Below, in pieces: positions 13,384-27,170 of a stretch of 64,000 bases of DNA. The stretch covers positions 27,404,001 to 27,468,000 of the forward strand of contig NC_043014.1 in assembly GCF_006345805.1 (NCBI RefSeq). Direction: 5' to 3'. Each line of letters begins with the position of its first letter. The stretch's first letter is position 1. The notes below the pieces were generated by a model. The model searched no databases. It was not told where the DNA came from and was given only the letters and a program-made list of their open reading frames with translations. This DNA comes from Octopus sinensis. Lineage: Eukaryota. The position numbers were made by a program, and so were the translations under genes.

Positions 13384-14269
13384 TCTCTTAATTCTCATAG
13401 CGATTTCAACCATCCGGTTGTGACTATGTTATGAAACGCCATGGGTTTAATCCAGTTCTACGTTAAATATTTCGATAAATAAGGGTGTTCCAAATGCTTT
13501 GCTTGCTTCCTCATGAAACAAAACAAGATACTGCAACTGTCTGGATTTCAAGTGGACATTGCTCTTCAATGTACTCCCTCCTACTTTTCGGTTTTAGAGT
13601 AGTCACGAATTTTGTAGCATATTGTTCTGTGATCAACTCTGTGGAAATGCTTTGCAAAGTCCAAGTGTTTTTTTTTTTTATTATTATTATCATTGTAGTT
13701 TAGCTGCTGCAGCATTTATATGGGGCAGCTCCTACCAGGGTGAATAACATAATGAGTATCAGCTACTCCTTTTCCTCTGAAAAAATATTCATGACATTTC
13801 TGATACGCAAACACGGAGATACAGTAATTTTTTGCGTCTCCTCAACATTTTCCCCTATAGGATTTATATTATGCCCTCATTTCAAAAAAATTTGCAGACG
13901 TAACCCTATACCTGTTATGTATTTATGATTGCTTGTGCGCGAGTGTTGTATGTGCGTGACTCGGATTGATTGAATAACAATTGACATCACAAAAAATAAC
14001 AAACAAACAATAACAGATAAATAGGTATTTATTATCTTTTACTTGTTTCAATCATTAGACAGCGGCCATGCTGAGGCACCGCCTTGAAGATTTTTAGTCG
14101 ACCGAATCGCCCTAGTACTTAATTTTTAAGCCTAGTACTTATTCTCTCGGTCTCTTTTGCTAAGTGAAGGGAACGTAAATACTAACACAGGTTGTTAAGC
14201 GGTGGTGGGAGACAAACACAGACATAGACGCACACATGCACGCACACGCATATACACGCGCGCGCGTAC

Positions 14270-14353
<84 letters not shown>

Positions 14354-14354
14354 T

Positions 14355-14600
14355 ACTATCAGAGATACCCGGCGTTGCCCAGTTACATTCAATTGAAGAA
14401 TTAGACTTTTCTGTTATATTTTCTGTAATGAACTGGAATATCTATGTTTCGAATTTCATCAAAATAGCAGATGAGGGTTATTTCCCTCTTTACACACCCT
14501 AAAAAATGTATCCCATACTACTGATTTTTATGCACATATTCCAAAATTCCAGTCTTATTGAACCTGTTAAAAAGATTTTGCTCCTAAAAATGAAGGTCAT
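14355..14600 (-). mobile_element. Non-autonomous Helitron-like 3' end fragment
   Basis: ACTATCAGAGATACCCGGCGTTGCCC resembles the reverse complement of the Helitron 3' hairpin/CTAG seen at 9491-9519 and 32612. Confidence 0.45.
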
Positions 14601-15661
14601 GAAGCTCTAAAATGTGAGAGTTAAGGCCCCTGTTGGGGGTGGGCATCTTAATGTCAACCAGAGAAGTTGAATTGTTGAGAATCTTTTTAACTTGGGTCTT
14701 ATATCTATTGTTTGAATTTCTTTGAAATAGGAAATATATGTTCACTGGGTTTGTAAAAGAGAGCAAAGCTACAGGAAACCAAAATACGAATGATCACTAT
14801 AAGCAGTCAGTTACCCTACCCTAGTCGTTACCACTCCCAATGTAGGATTCCTCACCATGCAGGTGACAGGCACAGCCGTAAGATGCATTACGAATCTATA
14901 GCAATTGGAAGGGCGTGACCCAACTGAAATAAACATTAACAACTGTGTGACGTGAGGGCTAAGGAGAAATTAAAATGTCACCTCTGGAGTTTGTAAATGA
15001 CCGCTATACTGATACGTAACTGGACAGAATAAATTTACAATCTATAAATGTCTTTGAATAATCAGTCACTCATCTGGGAAGGCCTTGAAATCAATGTTAC
15101 CATCTGGGGACTATGTGTGACCCAGTGATAATAAAAAGACTCAAAGGAGATATGCAATCAAATAACTTTACTCAACACTTTGCAATTGAATCAGTAGAGG
15201 CAAAGATGCCTCCCATTTACTTGACAATTTATGCACTACATTGCAGAAATCACAATGTAAGTGTATGTCAAAGTAAAGTGTTACACTGTTGTACCATTGA
15301 ATTAGAAATAATGCTCAACTTTTATGCTCGGGTAAACCTACAGCTTCCAAGACCACAACTGTATTCGTTTTTGCTTAGATAAAATGACAAAATTGTGGGT
15401 ATTAAGTCCCCATGGAGGGGTCTTTCTAACTTGTAAGAAGATGAAATATTTTAAATATTACTTCATTTGTGTCTAATATCTATGGTTATCATTTCATCAA
15501 CAGCAAAAATATATGAATTGTCATGGGGGTTATGACCCTTATGCATAGAATATAATTTCCAAATTTCATAAAGATCCATTCAGTACATTTGAGTTAGTTT
15601 TGGATCATAAAAGAAATTACTAAAATTTGGGAGTTAAGGCTCCCATTAGGGTGTTATATAT

Positions 15662-15703
<42 letters not shown>

Positions 15704-15753
15704 TATATAGATAGATAGATATAGATAGATAGATAATAGATAGATAGATAGAT

Positions 15754-15840
<87 letters not shown>

Positions 15841-16127
15841 CACACACACGCACACACACATAGAAAGATAAATCGATAGATACAACTGAGTGGGCAAACA
15901 AAAATATGAGACACAGCCTAGTGCTTTTTTTATGTTGATAAGCCTGGTACTTATTCTATTAGTTTGTTCTTGTGAAGCCAGTAAGTTATGTGGATGTAAA
16001 TAAATGAACAGCAATTGTGAAGCAGTGATGAGGGAGAAACACAAAGACACATACATAGACTTACATATATACATACCTATATATACGATTGATTTGTTTC
16101 AGTTCCTGTCTACGAAATCCATATATA

Positions 16128-17625
16128 TTGTTGTTGGCATCCTTTTTGTCTCGGGAGACAATGGAGTTGCGCATAAAATAATCTAGTCCGGCTTTTACAT
16201 TTCATGTCCTAATACATCTCCAGCTGTGGCTGTGTAGTGCTATCCTGGACAAACACTACCTCTGGCAGGTGCCGCAAATGTAGCGAAGACTTTGCCTGGC
16301 TGGTTTTAATGTCATAGTTTCTTGTTGACGTCTTTTCATGTCTTTCCATTTTCCTCTCTCTCTATGTCACTCCTTTGTATTTTACAGTACGTCACCAATC
16401 TCCACGGTTGCTGGCAACTACTTCCCAGTTGGTAATATTGATGTTGCAGGCATTCATGTCCCTTTTGCAAACATCCTTGTATCGTAAGAACGGTCTTCCC
16501 ACAGACCTAGAGCCCCTAGCAAGTTCTCCGTTGAGTATGTCCTTGGGGATTCTGCCATCTTCCATACGGCTAACATGTCCAAGCTATCTCATACGTCTTT
16601 GTGTGAGGAGTGCAAACATGCTTGGTATTCCTGCTTGCTTGAGGACATCTTTGTTGGGGACATGATTCTGCCATTTGATGCGAAGGATTTTCCGGAGGCA
16701 GCGCAGGTGAAAGATATTTAGGCTACGCTCTTGGCGTGTGTATGGCGTCCAATTCTCACTTCCATACAGTAGAGTGCTAAGTACACATGCCTGGTAAATT
16801 ATTTTTGTGGTCTTGGTCAGCTTATTGTTGTCCCATGCCATGCCCGTTTGGAGAGTTGGGCCATCACAGCAGCTGCCTTGCCAATGCGTATATTGAGCTC
16901 AACATCAAGGGATAGGTTGTAGGTGACGGTAGAGCCAATATAAGTAAACTTCTCCACATCCTGTAGTCTGTGGTCTCCAATATGTATGTTTGGGATGTCT
17001 GATGTAGCCTTGATGTTGGTCTTCTCGAGGCTGATAACTAAGCCAAAGTTGCTACATACTTGCTCAAAGCAGTTGATGAGCCTTTGTAGGGCTTCTTCTG
17101 TGTATGATACCAGAGCGGCATCATCAGCAAATAGCATCTCCTTGATCAGGACGCTTCTGATTTTGGTCTTGGCACGCAGACGCGAGAGATTGAACAGTTT
17201 CCCATCACTTCTACTGTGCAGAAACACTCCATCATCTGATGTCTCAAAGGCATGTGACAGCAGCAGCGAGAAGACGATGCCAAATAATGTAGGAGTAAAG
17301 ACACAACTTTGCTTTACCCCATTTTTTATTTGGCAGGCAGCTGATGTTGAAGCATTGTGCTGTATGTTGCCTTGCATATCATCATGGAAAGAGTTGATGA
17401 TCCTCAGCAGCTTTGGTGGACATCCTATTTTTTGGAGCAGGATGAAGAGGGCTTTTCTACTTACCAAAGTCAAAGGCCTTTGTCAGATCAATTAGTGAAT
17501 GATCTGTGTCACAATCCGCGCTGTAGTAACTACGGGTCAGTTGAACAGAATTCAGAAAGGATCTTCGTGTAATGATGAGATCCAGCTGATGCCAGTGGTG
17601 ATATATTGAATGTCTCCAAGATGCC
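16128..17625 (-). mobile_element. RTE/BovB-like LINE, 5'-truncated and internally deleted
   Basis: ORFs 16817-17473 (GVKQSCVFTPTLF, LFADDAAL) and 16584-16841; APE tail WHQLDLIITRRSFLNSVQLTRSYYSADCDTDHSLI fused to DLTKAF; BovB-like 3' UTR TCCATTGTCTCCCGAGAC...GGATGCC(AAC)n. Confidence 0.9.
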
Positions 17626-18651
17626 TTGTGTGTATGTATGTATGTATGTATGTATGTATGTATGTATGTATGTATGTATGTATGTATGTATGTATGTATG
17701 TATGTATGTATGTATGCATGTGAACGTATGTTTATGTAATGATATGTGTCAGTTCAAGTTGTATACATGACTGTTACCTTGTTGAAGGTTGTATATATAT
17801 ATATATAAAAACTCAAACATATATGTGTGTGTGTGTGTGTGTGCGTTTGTCTCTCTCACCACTGTCTAACGGTGAATGGATACAGCGACTTAGATACATA
17901 TATACACATATAACCTTATACATATATACAAGTACACACAATCATATAGACACTTACACATACTCACAAATATACGTATAATCATAAAGTATACACACAT
18001 ATACGCTCATCCATCTCTACATACATACATATATACATACATATATATATATAACATTATTTTCTTTGTAGTTTGATCGTAGTTGATCTACTTATAGCAT
18101 ACGGCCGACCACATAGTGGCTTGCCCTCCAAATATACACATGTATATATATATATATATATATATATAAATGTATGTGTGTATATATACAACCTTCAAGA
18201 AGGTAACAGTCATGTATACAACTTGAACTGACACATATCATTAGATAAACATACATTCACATATACATACACATGTACAAACACACAGACACGTCTACAC
18301 ACTCTCCTAAATACTCACATACGTAAGTACATAGGTACATGCGTATAGGCATGCACACATGCATGCGCACATACATGCACATACATACATACGCACATAC
18401 ATACATACATACATACCTACGCACATACATACATACATACATACATACATACATACATACATACATACATACATACATACATACATACATACATACGTAC
18501 ATATATATCATGAACTGACTGTTACTTTCTCAGTGAACAGGTCGCGGTCTCAAAGCGACGAAAATATTTTGACAAATTAAATTTAAATGTTGAAGTGAAT
18601 CTAACGGTTTTGTGTGTTTCTTAAATGGCTTATAAACACCTTCCACGCTGC

Positions 18652-18696
<45 letters not shown>

Positions 18697-19039
18697 AACA
18701 AACTTACTTAGAAATGGATGCGTGCGTTCCGTCATATAATAACAAATTAATAAATAAAACATGCGTATATACATACATATATACAGGACACCAAAAAAAC
18801 GTCGAACACAATGAGAAACGAAAACATAAACACAAAACCAAGGAAATGGACATTTTTCTTAAACAACGAAAAAATAGAGTACAGGACATACAACACAAGG
18901 AAAATTCCCCTTCTTCAGTCGCTTCTGTTTCATCCACTTTATATTTATATTTATATTTATATGTGTGTGTATACACATACACACACACACACAAAGATAA
19001 ATTGATAGATACATCTAAGTGGGATAACAAAAATATGAG

Positions 19040-19370
19040 ACACTGCCTAGTGCTTTTTTTTTATTTTGATAAGCCTGGTACTTATTCTATCAGTTTCTTC
19101 TTGTGAAACCAGTAAATAAATGATGTAAATAAATGAACACCAGTGGTGAAGCAGTGATGAGGGAGAAACACAAAGACACACACATAGACTTACATATATA
19201 CATACATACAATGGATTTCTTTCAGTTTCTGTCTGCAAAATCGACTGACAAGGCTTTGGTTGGTCTGAGGCTATAGCAGAAGGCACATACCAAGTTACCA
19301 CACAGTGGGACTGAACTGAAGACCTTGTCTTTTGGAACCATGTTTGTTACCACACAGTCACACCTGCACC
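19040..19370 (-). mobile_element. Octopus-type SINE copy (related partial copies at about 14030-14225, 15910-16120, 20030-20170, 20930-21065, 40245-40365, 43612-43735, 56701-56930, 61965-62070)
   Basis: Shared CTTTCAGTTTC..C.A..AAATCCACTCACAAGGCTTTGG...GAGGCTATAG..GAAG core. Confidence 0.8.
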
Positions 19371-19586
19371 TATGTATGTATGTGTGTGTGTGGGTGTGTG
19401 TGTATGTGTGTATGGGTGTATATATGTATGCATGTATATATGTGTGTATATATATGTGTACGTATTACATGTACATCTATCTATATATATATACATCTAG
19501 ACATACATGTATACACATACATGTATATCTATAGAAATACATCTTTACATATACAGCTATACATATACATGTATACATATACAGCT

Positions 19587-19618
<32 letters not shown>

Positions 19619-19657
19619 ATATATACACCCATATGTATACAAGTATATATATATCTA

Positions 19658-19732
<75 letters not shown>

Positions 19733-19754
19733 TATATAAATCCATATACATACA

Positions 19755-20014
19755 ATAGAGAAATGTTTTTGTTTCACTTTTAACACGTAATATTGAAATA
19801 GTGGAGAAGGTATGATATTGGTGTGGGCTCGCCCTAGGCAAGAAGTTAAATATTTGTTTTGCCCATGACACTACATGGACTCTAAATAAGGCATGTGTAA
19901 AATTTGAATAAAATTGGTTGTGTAGTTCTCAAGTTTTGGGGATTCACACAGACAGACAGACAGACACACACACACACACACACACACATACTTTCTCAGT
20001 TTTTTATATATAGA
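19755..20014 (-). mobile_element. Non-autonomous Helitron-like 5' part
   Basis: Minus strand begins A|TCTATATATAAAAAACTGAG followed by (TG)n/(TCTG)n, as in the Helitron 5' ends at 33119 and 34208. Confidence 0.5.
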
Positions 20015-20571
20015 TGACAGGCCTCATTATTTTCGTCAACCAAATCCACTCACAAGGCTTTGGTCGGCCCGAGGCTATAGTAGAAGTCCCTTGCCCAAGG
20101 TGCCACGCAATGGGACTGAAACAGGAACCATGTGGTTGGGAAACAAACGTCTCACCACACAGCCACGCCTGTAAGTAAAACATTTAAATTTTGTAGATGA
20201 GTTTTCAAATCACGGTGACGGCCAAATGTTTAAGACATAAGATTAGTTCTCATTACAGACTCAAAGCAGATCTTAAAGAGTGAGCATTGATGAGGACGCA
20301 AATAGCAACGAAACTACTCTGACAGAGAAAAGTAGCAACAGACTGATTGTTCAATGAACACATTAAACTAACCATTCTATTGTTATTTGGTAAAATAAAA
20401 AGACGGTAAAATAAAAAGTACGTGTGATTATTTTAACTGCTATAGGCATAATGACCCTCTCTAGAAACAACAGCATATTGTGTTCTCTTTTCCTTTTATT
20501 CAAACTTACAAATTTAGCCCAAACACCTGGTAGATATACATGTATACATATATTCTGTTTGAATTCCATAG

Positions 20572-20816
20572 ATCTGTGCAAATGTACAGTGTCCGGTGAT
20601 CCTCATTTCCACACATTTGATGGTCAAACCATTCATCTGATGAGTGATTGCAAACACATTCTTTCTGAATCACGGAACTTTAAAGATGGCTGCGATTTCC
20701 GAATTGAAATACAGAATGAAAAACGCGGTACAAATAAATTTGTTTCCTGGCCACGCTCATTAGATATACAAATTTATAATGTAACCGTACGCCTTAGTCG
20801 TCACAGCAAAATTTTC
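20572..20816 (+). CDS. Exon of a von Willebrand factor type D (VWD) domain protein (BMPER/kielin/IgGFc-binding-protein-like)
   Basis: LCKCTVSGDPHFHTFDG...CKHILS...FRIEIQNEKRG is the VWD N-terminal signature (C...GDPH..TFDG); acceptor CCATAG at 20571 (phase 1), donor GTAAGT at 20817 (phase 0). Confidence 0.9.
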
Positions 20817-21103
20817 GTAAGTGCAACGTTTTGTTTATATATGTGTGTGTGTGTTCGTGTGTAGTATGCGTGTATGTGTAGTGTTTGTACGTATATATAT
20901 GAATGCATACAGACACACAAGCATGTATGTCTCTTAGTCATTTGATTGCAGCCCACTGAAGCACAGTCTTCAATTGTTTTAGTCGAACGAATCGGTCAGA
21001 GTACTTATTTTTTTAAGGCTCGTACTTATTCCATCGGTTTCTATTACTTCGATACGGGAATGTAAACAAGCCGTTCGTCGGACAGTTTTTGCTAGAATTC
21101 TAT

Positions 21104-21153
21104 CAAAAACTGTCCGACGAACGGCAACGTGAAACTCAGAGTAACAGGTTTTG
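21104..21153 (+). ncRNA. Type I hammerhead ribozyme-like motif with CCGACGA core
   Basis: CAAAAACTGT-CCGACGA-ACG(GCAA)CGT-GAAA-CTC(A)GAGT-A-ACAGGTTTTG: stem I 9/10 paired, GNRA-capped stem II, near-palindromic stem III, GUA site at 21143. Confidence 0.7.
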
Positions 21154-21182
21154 TTGAGAATTTTCTGCTGCTTTAAATAAAG

Positions 21183-21213
<31 letters not shown>

Positions 21214-22739
21214 GGGAGACGCCGGTTTATGGGGTTACCTTGGATTTGTCGCTTATAAGGGGTTTAGTCTTACGGCGTATCTTCAGATCCCAAACACTGC
21301 TGGCCTAAGACCTCTTCAAAAAATGGAGGGGGAAATCCCTTGCTATAAAGGTAAACACTAGGTGATTATCTCCCTTTGCCATTGGCTATCAAGCTTCGGC
21401 CGCGCCGCCATCTTGCGGTCACCAAAGAACCACGAAGGTAAACGATTGTCTCCTTTCGCCTTTGGCTATTGGCTTCCGGCTGTAGCGTCGCCTTGCAGAT
21501 TCTAAAAAGCCAGAAGGAATCTTCTAAGAAGGAAGCATAGTCTGAAAATCTCCGTCCTGGAACTCAGGATGCTCCCTGGCATGAGCGAGTCTTTTAGAAT
21601 TCTCGTGCGTTCAGCAATGAATAACATTTCGTCCCGTTAATGTAGGGGCCTGAGTATTTTCCATGCGATCGAGTATGGTATTCTTTCGTCTCTTAGTTGC
21701 CAGATATGGCTGGCCTTTCCGGCACTTTTGTCCTCCTTTAGAGTCCTTTAGAGTAACTTTCCCAATGTGCCATCATGTGTTTGAGAAGCAAGCTTCTTAC
21801 AACACAGCCATACCTGCACCTATACATATACATAATTTTTCGGCATATCGAATCTGTTTTTAGGCATCTAATTGTAGCACCATTTTCTTTCCACCAGATA
21901 CACTGTATGTGGTCAATACAGATGAAAGAAAGGAGATTGTGTCACATTCATACCTTTCTAAAAAGTTTTAGGTACGAAAACATCGCAAAGCGTTTTAAAC
22001 CGTGCTTTAAATGTCATTATTGATTCGAATTGTCAGGATTTCTCTTTTTAAGCCTGTGCCAAGTGAATTAAAATAATGCTATCGTACACAGATATCAAAC
22101 CTTTAAATTCATATACATTAATCACTGAGAATAGATTAACTCTGTGCTCTTATCAAGTATAATAATTTCGAGAAATATATTTTGTATCACTAACAATAAT
22201 TTTAACTTTTAACATTCACTTTAATTTTGCTCAGTATGATTTGCACTTGTTAATACTTTAATCTATAACACCATAATTCTACTTTATAACACCCGTCATA
22301 ATTTTACTTTTTATTGTTCGTCATAACTATAGTATTTACGTTAATTCTTCTGTGTGTATTCACGGTGATACTACTCAATAGCACTCACTACCCAGATCTA
22401 CACAACTTGAAGGCAGAAATCTTTCTGTTGAAGAGACAAGTGTTTCTGAAGCACTTTTTCGAGTTGAATCGAGATATGCTTTTCGTTTTCACCAATCACG
22501 TCAGGATCTTTGTTTACACACTACTTTGAATTTTCACAAAATATTTTGCTTTCACTGATTTTATACCCTGGTCTGACTGTGGAGCAGTGGGCCAAAGTGT
22601 GAGAAGTGCTTTATTATCAACCTTCTCTTGCCTAAAGTATAGTTTAAATTGGGAATATAGCTGATATTATGCATTGACACTTTAATTATAGTAAAGATTT
22701 CCACCAGGAAAGTGGATGTATTTTGCCTACGATAGAAAA

Positions 22740-23130
22740 ATTGTGGAAGGAGGCCTAGAATCGTTCTATTCTAATGATCCAGAATCTTAAACATAAGACA
22801 ACCTGAAAATTATATGCATATTTAAAAAAAAATTCTTCATAACAACAAAGCAGCCAATCACAAGGAATTTGATGAAAAATACTTTGGTCATTTCATTTGC
22901 TAGAATACAAAGTGAGCATGAAAATACATTTTTTGTTCAGTCACTTGGATCAATTTCCACAGAACTTGGGAGACATCGTTGATGAATAGGGAGAAAGATT
23001 CCACCAAGATATGAAGGTAATAAAGGAAAGTTATCAAGAGGAGTATGATGTAAATATGATGGCTGATTACTGTTAGAGTATAAAAAGGAGTGGTCAATGC
23101 TAAAACATTTAAGGATATCTTAGAACAGAG
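22740..23130 (+). mobile_element. Degenerate DNA transposase fragment (Chapaev/CMC-like)
   Basis: About 22915-23090 reads MKIHFLFSHLDQFPQNLGDIVDE*GERFHQDMKVIKESYQEEYDVNMMADYC, matching the K.HFL.SH...LG..SDE.GERFHQD motif; superfamily assignment from memory. Confidence 0.55.
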
Positions 23131-23215
23131 ATGTCTTCCTTCATAATAGCATTTGATCTTTTTAGGGATATCATGTTGGTGGTTTTCCTGATTTTATATA
23201 AATATATATATTTGA

Positions 23216-23259
<44 letters not shown>

Positions 23260-24452
23260 CCAAAGCTGCAGAAACGAATGAATTAAAAGGTAACATAATC
23301 CAAGGGTAGAGTAAGAAATCCATGAATCTGGTACTCCAAAACTGCTCGACACTCGTGTAAATTTCTTTTTGAAAATACTAAATTTCAAATAATTCTCTAC
23401 ATTCCCGTTGTTTTTATTTATCTTTATTTTACTTTACTTATTATCAAGGAAGCAGGTAGCCGATGAGATATAATACTGAGAGGCTTTCTGTTCGTATATT
23501 TTTGACGGTAGCAATTATTTGAACATAAAGTGTTTCCATATGCACGCATGCATGCCTATACACATACATACGAACCACTTACATCCTACCAACACATTTC
23601 TAGCTAGCTATCGACTTATATGTTGTCACATGAGACAAAATATCATACGGCATTTAATTGCAACACTTTACATTCAGTGTCCAAATACTGTTGAGGTCAA
23701 GTTTTCCTTTCATATTTTCGAGGTCGATAAAATGAATTAAATTAAATTAATTATCGACTAAATCGTTAAAGCTTACATGTTTCAGTGGAATGTTCGCTTA
23801 TTAATTCAATGAGTAGATGGTCCAGTTGATCAATTTGTCTCGAAATTGACAGAAGAGAGCATTACACGAGCATCATATTAAGGTCTCAAAAATAAAACCT
23901 GTGGGTTCCTGTTGAATTTCAAATCAAATGTTATTTGTAACTACGCAATCATGTCCTGTGGGGGAAGAAACTGATCCCCATGTATGTAACTTGCTCGATC
24001 ACTGACGTGCCAAGGATAAACGTTCACACGAGCCCTTAGCTAACTCTATGTAACAAATCCAATATTGGACGGTGTGAGTCACCTCTTTGCATGCAATTGA
24101 TTCCGTCATATGTAACTAATTTATTGTGAAAAAAAAACAGAGAAGAATGGAGAGACTGGACCTTCTTCAGTAAGCGACTGATCCACTAATGCACAGCTGG
24201 TTTCACTCAGAGAAGAAGGAACGTAGAAAAGGAATGCGAAAAAAATGGAGGGGAGTGTGATGTGAATGTTATAATTTTAGGTAACGCACACACACATACA
24301 CACATACACACACAACTCGATGCGTCATGTGTGTATGTATGTATGTATGTATGTATGTATGTATGTATGTATGTATGTATGTATGTATGTATGTAGTATG
24401 TATGTATGTATGTATGTATGTATGTACGTACGTACGTATGTATGTATGTATG

Positions 24453-24483
<31 letters not shown>

Positions 24484-24579
24484 GCATACATGTATGTGTA
24501 TCGATTCAAGAAACATTAAATTTCCGAGACTTAAGTGGTAACAGCTAGTTTCAGGACCGTATCTCCTATACTCCTCCCC

Positions 24580-24630
<51 letters not shown>

Positions 24631-24779
24631 CTTTCTTGCTTTCTTTCTTTCTTTCTCTCTCCTCATTGACGTGTAGAAACTCGTGATCTCATTCAACTAT
24701 TCTTTGGCCTGTATTGGAACGATACCCTAACGATATCCAGTCACGTAAATGGGCCCATGTTATAGAGGTTAAAGAAAAA

Positions 24780-25430
24780 TAATGCAGACATTCCGATCCT
24801 TCGACCAGAAAATTACTCTAGATATTACCCTCAGAGTATGAGTTTCCTGGTTGTCACCCTAGACTCCCGTACTGATTCTTTTTAACCATTTGGGAAACCC
24901 AATGAGAAACCCTCAATCATTAGCGTGAGATCCACTGGTGTTTACGAATTTCTTACTTGTCAGCCATTGAAGAGATCTTTGATAGGGAGGCTCCTTACTA
25001 CAATGACAGCCTTCGAGGGTCATTTACAATGCCAGCCAGAAAGCCACTAAGATAACAACAAGTAGGAAGGTCATTTGACTTGCTCCCTCTTTCTCACTCA
25101 ATGATAGGCTTAACATAGGCAAGATAGCCAAAAACTTAATAGACAGACGCTTCTGACCTGCACAAAAATACTGGAAATTATTCAATAAGCATACGGTTAA
25201 GATTATTTACAACAGCATCCACTACACCCCCTAACAGACAATATCAGATAAATCGAGTCTAACTACTGAGGTATCGTGCACATGCAAGAATACTACGGTA
25301 TACTAGCTGTATGGATTATGTAACCCTGAGATCATTATTTATGATGCAATGGTTAAAAGTACGAATGTGAGTCAGACACCAACCTAAACTGACATATCGG
25401 ATTGATCACGGGGCCCTTCACATGAACATT
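24780..25430 (+). mobile_element. Highly degenerate Penelope-like element (Naiad-like RT C-terminal region)
   Basis: About 25110-25220 NIGKIAKNLIDRRF*PAQKYWKLFNKHTVKIIYNS resembles the NIGK.FL.LIDKHF....KIFN..TVK.SYS motif of this PLE group. Confidence 0.55.
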
Positions 25431-25863
25431 TCACAACCATACACATTCATTCAGAAACATCGTAAAACGGAATAGTACAAAGCTCGCAAGAAATGATTGT
25501 CCGTTGAAAAAGAACGGCACAACGTGTGACATCGGCCGGATTACCGCTAAAAAAAACAGAGGCATGGTAGATGCTACTACGTCATGCAAACACTGCTTTG
25601 CAAAAAAGAGTATATTTCTAAGCAACTTGCGAAGACTAGGATTGTACTTTAATACTAAAACCATGCATACACGAGAGAAAATTCATTCTTAGACAATGGC
25701 CATTCACCCCATAAGCCCATTCAATCAGGGAAAAGATTTATCTTTTCTATAAACTTTGCCTCGAAAATATTTTTTTTTAAATTTCCCAAGTTTTTCCTCT
25801 ACATATTTTCTCATAATCTTTCCGGAACTTTCGAAATTTTTCCGAAAACTTCTCCTGCTCTCT

Positions 25864-25918
<55 letters not shown>

Positions 25919-25929
25919 CCTCTCTCTTC

Positions 25930-26022
<93 letters not shown>

Positions 26023-26084
26023 TATCTCTTTCTAGCCATCTATGTATCAAGTTAGTCAGCTAGCTATCTCTATTTCTCTCTCTC

Positions 26085-26117
<33 letters not shown>

Positions 26118-26668
26118 TTCATCTCTCTTGCGCTCTATGCCTCCCTATTAATTCATGCAGTAAATGTATGAGCGCACGAGAGAGCGTATAGAAATGAGGG
26201 CGTATGCACACAGACGTGTGCGTGTGTGTGTGTGTGTGTACAGACGTGAGTGTGTGTTTGCGCGCGCGTGAGTGTATATATATGTCTGTGTGTGTGTGTG
26301 CTTGCAAAAGCACGTGTGGGTGTACCACATATTTATACAAGGCAAATTCAAAGTGAACAGAGAGATGACTAACTGCTTCACCGCGTCCATTAAGGGAAAT
26401 TATCTTTCTTCAAGAGAAGAATAAACAAATGTCGTGTGAGAACTCCAGATGAGAAGGAAAGATAACTTCAAGTATCAGGAATTCTCCGAAGTTGACATGT
26501 AATTAAGGAAAAGACAGTTTCATTATCTAGAGACAAGAAGACGTTTGTTCGCATGATTTTCTGCCTCATTAGACGTCTTCGGCAAACAGTCACCCTACCT
26601 TGAATCCAGCAGACAAGAGTAGAAAACATTCATATCCAAGATAATTTACATAATTTATGCATTGTGTG

Positions 26669-26705
<37 letters not shown>

Positions 26706-26754
26706 AGAAGTTTTATTGTAACTGCGATGTTCTATTCTTGTATTGATATTGCAG

Positions 26755-27062
26755 ATCAACAATGAAGAGAAATTTCTACCTGCCACTATACTTGGTGGTA
26801 AGCTTCGTATATTCAAAAGTTCTAATTCAATGCAAATGACCACCGGTTGCGGCATCCAAGTGAGTTTCAATGGGGACGATTTAGCCGAGGTCCAAATTCC
26901 ACAAAAGTATCAGGGACGCATGCGCGGTCTATGCGGCGATTGTAACGGCATCAAGGACGACCTTCGCACTAAAGACAGTCTTGACGTCTCACAAATGAAG
27001 GATAAGTTCTCAATAATTGGTCTAAGTTATTTGGTCATTGACACCTCAAGCAATGCAAATAG
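26755..27062 (+). CDS. Second exon of the VWD-domain protein
   Basis: INNEEKFLP...TGCGIQVSFNGDDLAEVQIPQKYQGRMRGLCGDCNGIKDDLRT (VWD C-terminal GLCG..NG..DD motif); acceptor TTGCAG at 26754 phase 0 matches the previous donor; donor GTTAGT at 27063. Confidence 0.92.
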
Positions 27063-27166
27063 GTTAGTTTTTGTTAAAGTTCATCTTTCTACAGTTGCAG
27101 TATCTTGTATTATTATTATTTTTTTATTCTTGTATCTTCGTTTAATATTTTGGGGGTTTTCTGCAG

Positions 27167-27170
27167 GTAA
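27167..27170 (+). CDS. Probable terminal coding micro-segment of the VWD gene (one coding base then TAA)
   Basis: Polypyrimidine tract and CTGCAG acceptor end at 27166; phase-2 join AG+G gives Arg then TAA. Confidence 0.45.

Noticed and set aside
17480-17572. Plus-strand DLCHNPRCSNYGS as a Cys-rich exon of the VWD gene
   Set aside because: It is the antisense of the RTE endonuclease fragment
20424-20571. N-terminal extension of the VWD ORF as a signal peptide
   Set aside because: It lies upstream of a good splice acceptor and has intron-like composition; the true upstream exon(s) were not identified
24540-24580. Minus-strand AGGA(gatacgg)TCCT-GAAAC-TAGCT-GTTA half-hammerhead
   Set aside because: The CUGANGA half is absent
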